Of a stretch of 44,923 nt of DNA, positions 18,819 to 28,267 are shown in pieces (within the stretch, counting starts at the first letter, position 1; every line of letters starts with the position of its first letter). A model generated the notes under the pieces. That model searched no databases, was not told the DNA's origin, and saw only the letters and a list, made by a program, of their open reading frames with translations. This stretch comes from Candidatus Neomicrothrix sp. UBA7828 (lineage in GTDB: Bacteria; Actinomycetota; Acidimicrobiia; Acidimicrobiales; UBA8592). The translations under genes were made by a program, and so were the position numbers. The DNA lies in contig DLTU01000159.1 of NCBI GenBank assembly GCA_002500385.1, positions 2,455-47,377 of the forward strand, in the 5' to 3' direction.

Positions 18819-20266
18819 ATAAGATTCTCAACAAAAGCTTCAAGTTGCTTTAAGTTTCGAACCTCAAACGTTCCATTACAGTAACCGCTGTATTCTCCAA
18901 CGATAGAGTCACCTGTGTCCCAATAACTCTTCGGTTCAGGGTTTAGCCAAAAGACTTTTCGTGCCTTCTCCTCCATATTCTTTATCACCCATGATTGCGA
19001 TGCGTGATAATTATTACGCGCATCTCCGAGAATTATCACTGTCGTCTTTGAACCTATATCCTTTGAAAAACGTTCATCAAATATCTCAAATGCATGCCCA
19101 TAATCAGAGTGACCATCAACCCAAATAACATCCGCTTCAGTATTAACCCTATGTATTGCTTCGGTAATATCATCAACATTCTCAAAGAAGTCAGTAACTT
19201 CGTCTAAGCCATCTATGAAAACGAACGAACGAACTTTTGAGAACTGATTATTCAACGCATAAACAAGGTGGAGTGTGAACCTCGCGAAAGCAGCAACGGA
19301 CCCTGAGATATCAGCGATCACCATTATCTCTGGTTTGGAGGGTTTAGGATACTTGAATTTAGGTTCCGCTGGAACGCCTCCATACGACAAGGAATGTCGC
19401 ACAGTTCTTCGGAAATCAAGTGGGCCCTTTCTCCCATGTCGTCTCTTTCGCGCTAACCGAACTGCCAATTTTCTAGTCAAAGGCCATATAGCACGTCGCA
19501 AAGCTACCATCTCTTCCCGACTAGCATGCATAAAGTCAACATCTTCAGGAAGGGGTTTACGAAGTGTTTTCGCCATCGCTTCCACTCCTCTGTCAGCTAC
19601 AAGCCTGCGCCGGATTTCCGCCTCGATTTCCTTTTTTAATTCTTCGATCCTGTGTTCATACTCATCTTTCCTTAAACGTTCCTCAAGAAAATCCGAATCG
19701 GGATCACCGTCAGCCTTGCTAGTAAGCAAGCGATCCAGAACCTCTTCAAGGTTCAAGTTACGCAGTGTCCTGTATAAGTAATATGTTCCACCCACAGGTC
19801 TACCGGGTTCCATTCCAGCAAACCGCTGAACAGATTGGCGAGCAACTGTTCTCATTAAATTTCTATCTTGCTTGGCAAGTGCTTGAAATAACATTTCAGC
19901 TAATTGCTCTTGCGTTAAGCCTTCTTGACTACCGCCTTGTCCCGGTGCTTGCCCTTCTTGCATATCTTCATGTTCAGTAGCAGTATCGTCAGAGTCCCAT
20001 TCACCATCAAGTAATTCGTATTCTTGCCCGCGCAACGAGAAATAGACTTCAAACACAGTTTCGAATGCTCTCCAGTGTGAGTGATTCTTAACAAGAGTGC
20101 CTGCTAAAGCGTACTTAAATGTTTCTCGGTCCTCGATGGGAATGTGTTTCACTGCTTCTACTGCATCAAGATTTTCCGTCAAGCTAACTGGCAAACCTGC
20201 GCTTCGTAATTCAACAATGAAACCGTTTAATAGCTCAAGCAACGGAGAATGAGTTGCAATTTTCAA
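18815..20266 (-). CDS. VWA-domain protein (CoxE-like)
   Basis: MIDAS DISGS, LDFRRTVR, ILGDARNN and WLNPEP motifs; paired with a MoxR ATPase. Confidence 0.9.
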   Translation of the reverse strand: MKIATHSPLLELLNGFIVELRSAGLPVSLTENLDAVEAVKHIPIEDRETFKYALAGTLVKNHSHWRAFETVFEVYFSLRGQEYELLDGEWDSDDTATEHEDMQEGQAPGQGGSQEGLTQEQLAEMLFQALAKQDRNLMRTVARQSVQRFAGMEPGRPVGGTYYLYRTLRNLNLEEVLDRLLTSKADGDPDSDFLEERLRKDEYEHRIEELKKEIEAEIRRRLVADRGVEAMAKTLRKPLPEDVDFMHASREEMVALRRAIWPLTRKLAVRLARKRRHGRKGPLDFRRTVRHSLSYGGVPAEPKFKYPKPSKPEIMVIADISGSVAAFARFTLHLVYALNNQFSKVRSFVFIDGLDEVTDFFENVDDITEAIHRVNTEADVIWVDGHSDYGHAFEIFDERFSKDIGSKTTVIILGDARNNYHASQSWVIKNMEEKARKVFWLNPEPKSYWDTGDSIVGEYSGYCNGTFEVRNLKQLEAFVENLI

Positions 20267-21166
20267 TTAATTACTCACCGAAGAATTCAAATCCTCATCA
20301 CTTGAGAACTCTTTGATTGCTTTATCAATATCTGAACGGTATTTTAGAAGAATATTGACTGTATCAGTTGCAGTTTGAGCATCGATGTGCTCAACACCTA
20401 AGTGTATTAGTGTTCGTGCCCAATCTAATGTCTCAGAAACAGAAGGGGCCTTTTTAAGTTCTAGTTGCCTGATAGTTCTAACAACTCGCGCTATTTGCTC
20501 GCCCAAATTATCTTCGATATCAGGCACTTTTGTGAGGATAATCTCCCTTTCACGCTCAAGATCAGGATAATCGATATGGAGGAACAGGCATCGTCGTTTA
20601 AGGGCCTCCGAAAGTTCCCGAGTATTATTGGATGTCAAAAACACAAGTGGGATTTGTTTAGCTTCTATTGTCCCTAATTCAGGTATTGATACCTGATAGT
20701 CAGAGAGGATTTCTAGTAGCAAAGCTTCGGTCTCAATTTCAACCCTATCTACCTCATCAATCAGCAACACTACCGGGTCATCAGAGCGAATAGCCTCAAG
20801 TAGTGGCCGAGTTAAAAGGAATTCATCGGAAAAGATATCATCTTCGATCTCCTCCCATGAATTTGATTCGTTCGCATTGCGTTCTGCTTGAATCCTTAGA
20901 AGTTGTTTTTTGTAATTCCATTCGTACAGGGCTTTGGATTCATCTAAGCCCTCATAACATTGAAGTCTTATCAGTCGCGACCCAGTCATCTCAGCCACAC
21001 TCTTAGCGAGTTGGGTCTTTCCTGTGCCAGCAGGACCTTCAACAAGTATGGGTTTTTGAAGACGATCAGCTAAATAAACGATGCCAGCAATACCATCATC
21101 TGCTAAGTAATCAACAGATCGGAGGTCTTCCTTTACTTTGCTGACTTCGTTAAATCTATACGACAT
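20267..21166 (-). CDS. MoxR-family AAA+ ATPase (CoxD-like)
   Basis: Walker A GPAGTGKT, RLQCYEGLD, Walker B LLIDEVD, ALKRRC. Confidence 0.93.
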   Translation of the reverse strand: MSYRFNEVSKVKEDLRSVDYLADDGIAGIVYLADRLQKPILVEGPAGTGKTQLAKSVAEMTGSRLIRLQCYEGLDESKALYEWNYKKQLLRIQAERNANESNSWEEIEDDIFSDEFLLTRPLLEAIRSDDPVVLLIDEVDRVEIETEALLLEILSDYQVSIPELGTIEAKQIPLVFLTSNNTRELSEALKRRCLFLHIDYPDLEREREIILTKVPDIEDNLGEQIARVVRTIRQLELKKAPSVSETLDWARTLIHLGVEHIDAQTATDTVNILLKYRSDIDKAIKEFSSDEDLNSSVSN

Positions 21167-21302
21167 ACGTTTTAAAGGGTAGAGGGCATCACACTATTTA
21201 TGCGAACTGTATTGGGATAAATTGTGTATTTCTGACTGCTTACGTTGATTGTTTGTTTAGAGGTAGGCTTATCTTGTGGATAACAGCCAATTAAGAACTG
21301 AA

Positions 21303-22937
21303 ATGAGTAGACCAAGTGGTCGAAATGCAATGATCGTAGGTGCAGGGATATTACTGTCACGACTATCGGGACTCATCCGAGAGCTTATTTTCGCTGGTTT
21401 GCTCGGCACCAGAGTGGCGGCCGACGCCTTCAAAGCAGCGCTGCAAATACCTCGCCTATTACAAAACATACTTGGTGAAGGAACATTATCCGCTTCTTTT
21501 ATTCCAACTTACAGCCGCCTCATTGATGACCCTGACGATGAGAATGAGCCAGGCTTGGTTGCTGGAATGATAGTTACTCTTCTTGGACTGGTTACCTCAG
21601 CAGTCGTAATTATAGGAATTCTTGCTGCTAGACCTATAAGCAAAGTTCTGCTCCCATTGCTACCAGACGAAACATTTGAACTTACTGTCGACTTAGTCAG
21701 AATAATGTGGGCTGGGTTGGGCTTCATTGTCCTCTCTTCATGGTGTTTAGGAGTTCTAAACGCACACCGGAAATTCTTTTTGTCCTTCGCTGCCCCGATT
21801 CTCTGGAATGCTGCGCAAATTATCTTTGCACTTATAGCTTGGGCGCAGGACTGGTCTGACGCTTCTATTGCGGAAGCGGCGGCGTGGGGCGTTCTAGTAG
21901 GCGGTGTGCTTCAGTTCCTTGTTCAAATTCCAGTAGTCATGAGAGTATCCCCATCAATTAGATTAGGGCTTAAGAGAGGTTCAAGCGCTGTTCGTGAAAT
22001 AGTTTCAAAATTTTTTCCAGCCATAATGGGAAGAGGAGTTATTCAATTTTCAGGTTTTCTGGACTTATTTCTTGCTGGCTTCCTTGCAACCGGAGCATTC
22101 ACAGCCTTATCCCTCGCCCAAATTATTTACATGTTACCTATCGGTTTATTTGTCATGTCAATTATTTCTGCAGACCTTCCCGAGTTTTCTAGAGACAGAG
22201 ATGATATCTCTGCTATTACCACAAGATTTATAACTAGCTCAGAGCGAATAGGCTTCTATTTGATATTCTCTAGTATTGCATTTGTAACAATGGGAGAACC
22301 ATTGGTGGACTTCCTGTTCGAGAGAGGCAAATTCACAAGTGAGGACACGCTTTACATTTGGATTGTTTTAGCGGCATACAGTCTGGGACTATATGCTACC
22401 GGAATGAGTAGGCTCTATCAGAATTTATGCTATTCGTTTGGAGACGTCAAAGGTCCGGCCCGACTAGCGGGTTTTCGTGTTTTAGTAGCAGGATCCGTAG
22501 GCTTCCTACTTATGTTTCAGCTCGATCGTTTTGCGATTGATCGTAACGCGATCATCAAGATCGGTGATTTCCCCTCTTTCTCCCCTTTGCCAGAAATTGA
22601 GCGAGCTTTAGATACTGCCCCCCAGCCATTAGGCGCTTTGGGCTTAGCGTTAGGGAGCTCAGTAGCTGCTTGGGTTGAATATTCTCTCTTGAAGAAGAGA
22701 GTTTTCGAAAAGTTCCATATAAAGAAGGATCCACATTTAGTTAGAAGGTTTTTTCTCGTCCCTGGGTTAATCTCAGCAATTCTCGCAGGAACCATTTCCT
22801 TTACCCTGTTTGACTGCAATGCATATTTAGTAGCACCCATTGCACTATTAGTGAGTGGGATTGTCTACACATTTACTTCATCATTTTTAGGTTCGAAAGC
22901 TGCGAAAGAGTTTCTACAAACGGTTCGTGTATATTAA
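21303..22937 (+). CDS. murJ: Lipid II flippase MurJ
   Basis: LSRLSGLIRE, ADAF, GEGTLSASFIP and many TM helices. ATG 21303 preferred over the ORF-track start at 21276. Confidence 0.92.
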   Translation: MSRPSGRNAMIVGAGILLSRLSGLIRELIFAGLLGTRVAADAFKAALQIPRLLQNILGEGTLSASFIPTYSRLIDDPDDENEPGLVAGMIVTLLGLVTSAVVIIGILAARPISKVLLPLLPDETFELTVDLVRIMWAGLGFIVLSSWCLGVLNAHRKFFLSFAAPILWNAAQIIFALIAWAQDWSDASIAEAAAWGVLVGGVLQFLVQIPVVMRVSPSIRLGLKRGSSAVREIVSKFFPAIMGRGVIQFSGFLDLFLAGFLATGAFTALSLAQIIYMLPIGLFVMSIISADLPEFSRDRDDISAITTRFITSSERIGFYLIFSSIAFVTMGEPLVDFLFERGKFTSEDTLYIWIVLAAYSLGLYATGMSRLYQNLCYSFGDVKGPARLAGFRVLVAGSVGFLLMFQLDRFAIDRNAIIKIGDFPSFSPLPEIERALDTAPQPLGALGLALGSSVAAWVEYSLLKKRVFEKFHIKKDPHLVRRFFLVPGLISAILAGTISFTLFDCNAYLVAPIALLVSGIVYTFTSSFLGSKAAKEFLQTVRVY

Positions 22938-24040
22938 TAATGCTTATCGCTCAAGATGACTAACTCATCTCTATGTATAACCTCACTTGATTGCATCTCA
23001 TCTGTTCCGTTTACTTTTTCTCCTAGGAAATCCTTAAGTTCGGAAGAATCTAAGGAAACTAGGCCGCGGGCGATAAGTTCTGATTTTTCATTTAAGATTT
23101 CTACAGCGTCGCCTCTATTAAATATCCCATGTAGCTCAAGAACACCAACAACTAGAAGAGATCCGCCATTGTCTTCAATGGCTTCTTGAGCACCCATGTC
23201 GATAACAAGCTTTGCTTTCGACTGGACAGCAAACGCTATCCATAGCTTTCGAGCCGATAAAGGTTTTGGTTTTGGGCGAATAATAGTTCCTAATTCCCCT
23301 ACGCGAAGTAGTGAGTCTGCTACGACGTTGTCTCGTGTAGCAGCCGCGATTGTTGTGGTCACACCAGCCCACGAAGCCATTCTTGCAGCGGCTAATTTAG
23401 ACTCCATTCCACCACTTCCTAACTTACCGGAGGCGCCTCCCACTACTGCATCTATTTTGTCAAGTGATCCTATTTCGCGAACCAATTTAAGTTTCTCAGA
23501 GGTTTTTCTCTTTGGATCTTGTGAATAGATCCCATCTGTGTCAGTCAGCATCAACAATTGTGTAGCGTTAAGGAGTTGGGCTAACAGAGCCGCTATCCTA
23601 TCGTTATCACCCCACCGTATAGCATCATCAGCTATTGCATCGTTTTCATTAACTATCGGGAGTATTCCAGAAGCTAAGAGCTCTTCAACTGTTGATCGAG
23701 CGTGTAGGTAACGTTTACGAACGAAAAAATCATCAGGGGCCATCAATAACTGAGCGATAGAAATATTATGCTTTGAGAAGCTTTCAGCATATCTTGCCAT
23801 TAATTTTGGTTGACCGATTGCTGATGCCGCTTGGAGAACCCGAGAATCTGACGGACGGCTATCCACATAGCCCAGATCAGCAAGACCTGCACCTATTGCT
23901 CCGCTACTAACTAGAACTATCTCAGAAAAATCGCGTTTAGCCATTGCGATTTCTTTTGCTAACTTATCAATGGCAATCGTACTAATGGAGCCATCGGGCT
24001 TCGTTAATGAAGAAGTACCAATTTTTACTATGACTGTCAC
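22934..24040 (-). CDS. proB: Glutamate 5-kinase with PUA domain
   Basis: VKIGTSS, VSSGAI, PIVNENDA, GDND, GGMESKL and RKLWI motifs. Confidence 0.95.
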   Translation of the reverse strand: MTVIVKIGTSSLTKPDGSISTIAIDKLAKEIAMAKRDFSEIVLVSSGAIGAGLADLGYVDSRPSDSRVLQAASAIGQPKLMARYAESFSKHNISIAQLLMAPDDFFVRKRYLHARSTVEELLASGILPIVNENDAIADDAIRWGDNDRIAALLAQLLNATQLLMLTDTDGIYSQDPKRKTSEKLKLVREIGSLDKIDAVVGGASGKLGSGGMESKLAAARMASWAGVTTTIAAATRDNVVADSLLRVGELGTIIRPKPKPLSARKLWIAFAVQSKAKLVIDMGAQEAIEDNGGSLLVVGVLELHGIFNRGDAVEILNEKSELIARGLVSLDSSELKDFLGEKVNGTDEMQSSEVIHRDELVILSDKHY

Positions 24041-24089
24041 TTATTCATTCTTGCAGAATTGCTGGTGAAAGTCTTTCATTTATCTTTGC

Positions 24090-25346
24090 TCAATCAATCC
24101 AATGTTCATCATCGTCCATGTACTCAAACTGCAGTTCGCCAATTTGCACTAAGTTACCTTGTCTAATACCCGCTTTGCGGAGGGCCTTATTTACCCCTAT
24201 CTTCTCTAGGGTAAATTGAATGTATTCAAGCGCTTCAATATTTGTAAGATCATTTAAAGAAACTGCTCTCTCTGCCTGACGACCTTTGACAGTGAATATA
24301 TTCCCTTCCTTCAAGACAGAGATTCCTTTTGGCGCAGGACGGTGAATAACGATTTCATCCGAGTTGGCATTCTCAGTTTCTCGTGCTTCTTTCACAAGAC
24401 GTTCAAGTTTGTATTTCATCTCTTGTACACCCTCCCCAGTAATAGATGAAATCTTTAGGGAGCCTTCTAAGGCAGCTTGAGTCGCAACATCAGCTTTGGA
24501 TGAAATTAGCAATCTGGGGCGGTCTAACAGTTCCGGTTTGTAAGTCCTTAGTTCTTCTAACAATATCTCCAACTGGTGCTCAACTCCTCGCCCGTCGTAA
24601 GGTGAGAGATCAAGCAGAATTGCTAGTACGCGAGCTCTTTCAACATGTCGAAGAAACTGATGTCCTAAGCCCTTTCCATCTGCAGCACCCTCAATCAATC
24701 CAGGAATGTCTGCAATAACCATTTCGAACTCTTCACTCCCCTTCACAACTCCTAGGTTTGGAACTAGCGTCGTAAAGGGATAGTCAGCAATTTTAGGCTT
24801 TGCTGCTGAGACACGAGAAATAAGAGTACTTTTGCCCACATTAGGAAACCCCACTAGGGCGACATCGGCTAAGAGCTTCAGTTCCAGATTTAGCCATTGT
24901 TCCTCTCCATGCTCCCCCTGTTCAGCGAAACTTGGAGCTCGTCGCCTATTACTTAGAAACCTAGAATTACCTTTGCCGCCTCGCCCTCCGGCAGCTGCAA
25001 GCCATTTCGTTCCAGTTGAAGAGAGGTCAGCGAGTATATTACCAACGGGATCTTTAACCAGAGTACCTACCGGGACATTAATAAATTCTGAGTTTCCGTT
25101 TGCACCGTGCCGACGCTTACCACTGCCGTGCTTCCCACTCTCAGCCTTCCGATGAGGGTAATCTCGAAAAGCTAACAAGGAAGCCACGTTATGGTCAGCT
25201 ACTAACCAGATATCACCTCCGTTACCGCCATCCCCACCATCAGGGCCCCCACGGTCCACGTGGGCCTCTCGACGAAATGAGACACACCCAGCGCCACCAT
25301 CCCCAGCCTTTACGTTAAGGCCACATTCGTCAACGAAATTAGACAT
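24090..25346 (-). CDS. obgE: GTPase ObgE/CgtA
   Basis: Gly-rich Obg domain, GFPNVGKST, YPFTTL, DIPG and a C-terminal extension. Confidence 0.97.
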   Translation of the reverse strand: MSNFVDECGLNVKAGDGGAGCVSFRREAHVDRGGPDGGDGGNGGDIWLVADHNVASLLAFRDYPHRKAESGKHGSGKRRHGANGNSEFINVPVGTLVKDPVGNILADLSSTGTKWLAAAGGRGGKGNSRFLSNRRRAPSFAEQGEHGEEQWLNLELKLLADVALVGFPNVGKSTLISRVSAAKPKIADYPFTTLVPNLGVVKGSEEFEMVIADIPGLIEGAADGKGLGHQFLRHVERARVLAILLDLSPYDGRGVEHQLEILLEELRTYKPELLDRPRLLISSKADVATQAALEGSLKISSITGEGVQEMKYKLERLVKEARETENANSDEIVIHRPAPKGISVLKEGNIFTVKGRQAERAVSLNDLTNIEALEYIQFTLEKIGVNKALRKAGIRQGNLVQIGELQFEYMDDDEHWID

Positions 25347-25391
25347 AATGGCATTCTAGTAATTTATTTGACTGGAAGATAGAAATTTGAA

Positions 25392-25643
25392 TTAGTCAGG
25401 AAGGACGTCTACAAGCTTTCTTCCACGTCGATTCCCAAATTTAACACGACCACTAACAGTTGCAAATAGCGTGTCATCTCCGCCTCTACGAACATTTTGT
25501 CCAGGATGAACCTTCGTTCCTCTCTGGCGTACAATGATGGAGCCAGCTGACACTGCGGTTCCATCATAGGCTTTAACACCAAGCCTTTGGGCGTTGGAAT
25601 CTCTACCATTTCGCGTTGAACCGCCACCTTTTGTTTTTGACAT
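25392..25643 (-). CDS. rpmA: 50S ribosomal protein L27
   Basis: [18 protein letters not shown] and IIVRQRGT motifs. Confidence 0.97.
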   Translation of the reverse strand: MSKTKGGGSTRNGRDSNAQRLGVKAYDGTAVSAGSIIVRQRGTKVHPGQNVRRGGDDTLFATVSGRVKFGNRRGRKLVDVLPD

Positions 25644-25954
25644 TATTTGTTCCTTGAAATTGATGTAATTTTTATTTCGTTATAGTTCTGTCGGTGACCC
25701 CAACGTCGTCGCTGGTTACTTTTATTCTTATAGGTAAACCCAGTAATTTTTTTCGATTTCCCTCTATCAACTATCTCAGCATTGACGTTGACATTTTCCA
25801 ATTCACTAGGCTTAGCAAGCACTGTACTTCCATCAACCAGCATTAACGGTGTAAGAGATATAGATTCACCAATGTCGCCCATAAGTTCAACTTGAAGGAC
25901 TTGATTCTCCTCTACGCGATATTGTTTTCCACCTGTTTTTACTACTGCATACAT
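25643..25954 (-). CDS. rplU: 50S ribosomal protein L21
   Basis: [12 protein letters not shown] and GHRQ motifs. Confidence 0.97.
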   Translation of the reverse strand: MYAVVKTGGKQYRVEENQVLQVELMGDIGESISLTPLMLVDGSTVLAKPSELENVNVNAEIVDRGKSKKITGFTYKNKSNQRRRWGHRQNYNEIKITSISRNK

Positions 25955-26012
25955 ATTTTCATGATATTCGGTTTACTCAGAAATACCGACTATTTCTTTC
26001 AAAGCTTGTGTA

Positions 26013-27533
26013 TTATTCCTGAGCTTTGGTGAATGTTTGTGTTAACCCTTCACCAATTCTTTTTCTAGTCATTTCAACTAATCCAAGCTCGGAAATTCCA
26101 AAAACCTGAGTACGGGTTTTGTCTCTAGCTAATTCTGCTCGGAATGTTTTCATTACCTCGTTTCTATGCTGAGTTTTTTCCATATCCACGAAGTCAATGA
26201 CGATTATCCCTCCGATATCTCTGAGGCGTAGCTGGTGCGCAACTTCTTTAGCTGCCTCAAGGTTGTTCCGATAGACAGTTTCCTCCAAACTTGAGGTCCC
26301 AACATTCTTTCCTGTATTCACATCAATCACAGTAAGCGCCTCTGTATGTTCAATGATCAGAGAACCTCCTGAAGGAAGCCAGACCTTGCTGTCAAGAGCT
26401 TTGGCTAACTGCTCTTCAACATAAAAGCGCTCAAATAGATGAACTTCCTCAATAGAACTATTGTGATATTCAATACGGTCTGCAAGAGCGGGAGCAACTG
26501 TTGCTAAGTAGGATTTAGCTTCTTCGAATAACTCAGGATCGTCAATAATGACCGACCGATATTCTTTGTTAAACTCTTCTCTAATCATACGGAAAGGCAT
26601 CTCAGGCTCTCGGTAAAGCAATTTAGGAGTTTCCGCTTTTGCGGACTGTTTTTGGATATCTAACCATTGGTTTACTAAGCGTTTAACATCATGTTCAATT
26701 TCTTCTTTTGTTATGTGTTGAGCAGCAGTTCTGACAATAACACCATGTTCTTTCGGTTTTGCCTTCTCGAGAATTTGACGGAGCCGCTTTCGCTCTTTTT
26801 CTGGTAACCTTTTTGATATCCCAAATACTTCAGTATTTGGAACAAGAACCACGAATCTACCAGCAAGCGAAATCTCTTGCGTTAACCTTGCACCTTTGTG
26901 CGCAATGGGGTTCTTAGTCACTTGACATAAAATTGATTCTTTGTTTTTAAGCGCTTCTTCTATTCTTATTGTTTCGTTTGATTTACTAGAGGCATTCTTT
27001 ATGAGATCACTTTGATAAAGTACCGCATTTTTCGGAGTTCCTATATCCACAAAAGCTGCTTCCATGCCTGGAAGAACATTCTCTACTCTCCCCATATAGA
27101 TATTGCCATGAATTTCGCTAATATCATCTGCGGGTCGAGAGACATAAAACTCAATAAGCGATCGTCCCTCCAGCATAGCTATTTGAGTTACATTGTCTTC
27201 TACGTGAACGACCATTGTGTAACGCCCGACAGCCTTACCTTTCCGTTCTCTTCCTCGACGTTTTTTTAAAGTTTCGTCATCAAGTTCAACAGAAATATTG
27301 GCAGGATTCTCACGGTTGGAGTTCCCTGCCTTGGAGCGTCGACGTTTACGCTTCTTATTTCCTTGCGACCTAGTTTCTGGCGCATCCGGCGCTGGTCTAG
27401 AGTCCCCTATTTTAGGCTTACCATTTTCGGATCTATCTTTCGAGTTGAATTCGAGTTTTTGGTAATTATTTCCTAGTTCTAACTTACCTGTTTGGGCATT
27501 TGTACCTTTTTCATGATTCTTTTCTTCGTCCAT
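26013..27533 (-). CDS. rne: Ribonuclease E/G
   Basis: S1 domain GNIY.GRV.NVLPGMEAAFVDIG, KGARLT, IDVNTG, RLRDIGGIIVIDFVDM. Basic, disordered-looking N-terminus. Confidence 0.93.
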   Translation of the reverse strand: MDEEKNHEKGTNAQTGKLELGNNYQKLEFNSKDRSENGKPKIGDSRPAPDAPETRSQGNKKRKRRRSKAGNSNRENPANISVELDDETLKKRRGRERKGKAVGRYTMVVHVEDNVTQIAMLEGRSLIEFYVSRPADDISEIHGNIYMGRVENVLPGMEAAFVDIGTPKNAVLYQSDLIKNASSKSNETIRIEEALKNKESILCQVTKNPIAHKGARLTQEISLAGRFVVLVPNTEVFGISKRLPEKERKRLRQILEKAKPKEHGVIVRTAAQHITKEEIEHDVKRLVNQWLDIQKQSAKAETPKLLYREPEMPFRMIREEFNKEYRSVIIDDPELFEEAKSYLATVAPALADRIEYHNSSIEEVHLFERFYVEEQLAKALDSKVWLPSGGSLIIEHTEALTVIDVNTGKNVGTSSLEETVYRNNLEAAKEVAHQLRLRDIGGIIVIDFVDMEKTQHRNEVMKTFRAELARDKTRTQVFGISELGLVEMTRKRIGEGLTQTFTKAQE

Positions 27534-27549
27534 CTTTTCATTTCCCTTC

Positions 27550-28266
27550 TCATGGTGAACACAGTTCCAAATTAAAGTCGAGACAATCCCCCAAATCGAG
27601 TGGATCTATTTGACCATCTCCTGTGTCAATAAATTGTTTTAAGCGGCGTAGCTTAACCATAGTTAGACTCGGTTCAGCTGCTCCTAAGAATTCACTTGGC
27701 CGCAAGGATCTTGGCTGAGTGTTTAATTCTGTTTGTATAGTTGTTCTTTTCAGCAAAGTGTTTCCCTGAACTTCAATGTTGCGAATATACGGGCGTATAT
27801 CATCCACTAATTGTTTTCCTTTACGAGTTCGTTCAATTACTAATTCTTTAGAATTAAGAACTATCCCCGCCCACCTATTAACATCTTCTATATTCTCTTT
27901 AACTTCAATACTCCATACTGTTGAGGTCACAGATTGTTGGAGAGAGATATATTTACTCTGCATTTTAACCATTCCTGTGACCGCAATTCCTTCGGGGAGT
28001 GTTCTAGTTAAGACTTCTGGTATTGATGAGATATTTGAAGTCTCATATTTTTGATCATCTAAATGAAAATCAAGGTATTCACATTCTGACTCGGCACCGG
28101 TGGGTAAAGCCAAGCCAAAGGCAATTCTAGGTCTTGGCGAGAAGCCTTGACTGTATACCAGTGGAATTTCTGCACGGCGCAATGATCGTTCCCAGACTTT
28201 TGCTATGTCTCTGTGGCTGGCAAATCGAATTTTCCCAATCTTGGTTGTTTGTAAGCGTAATATCAT
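27550..28266 (-). CDS. Radical SAM-associated protein (TIGR03936/DUF2344-like)
   Basis: RFASHRD..W.R..RRA and YSQGFSPRPRIAFGLALPTG motifs. Confidence 0.88.
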   Translation of the reverse strand: MILRLQTTKIGKIRFASHRDIAKVWERSLRRAEIPLVYSQGFSPRPRIAFGLALPTGAESECEYLDFHLDDQKYETSNISSIPEVLTRTLPEGIAVTGMVKMQSKYISLQQSVTSTVWSIEVKENIEDVNRWAGIVLNSKELVIERTRKGKQLVDDIRPYIRNIEVQGNTLLKRTTIQTELNTQPRSLRPSEFLGAAEPSLTMVKLRRLKQFIDTGDGQIDPLDLGDCLDFNLELCSP

Positions 28267-28267
28267 T

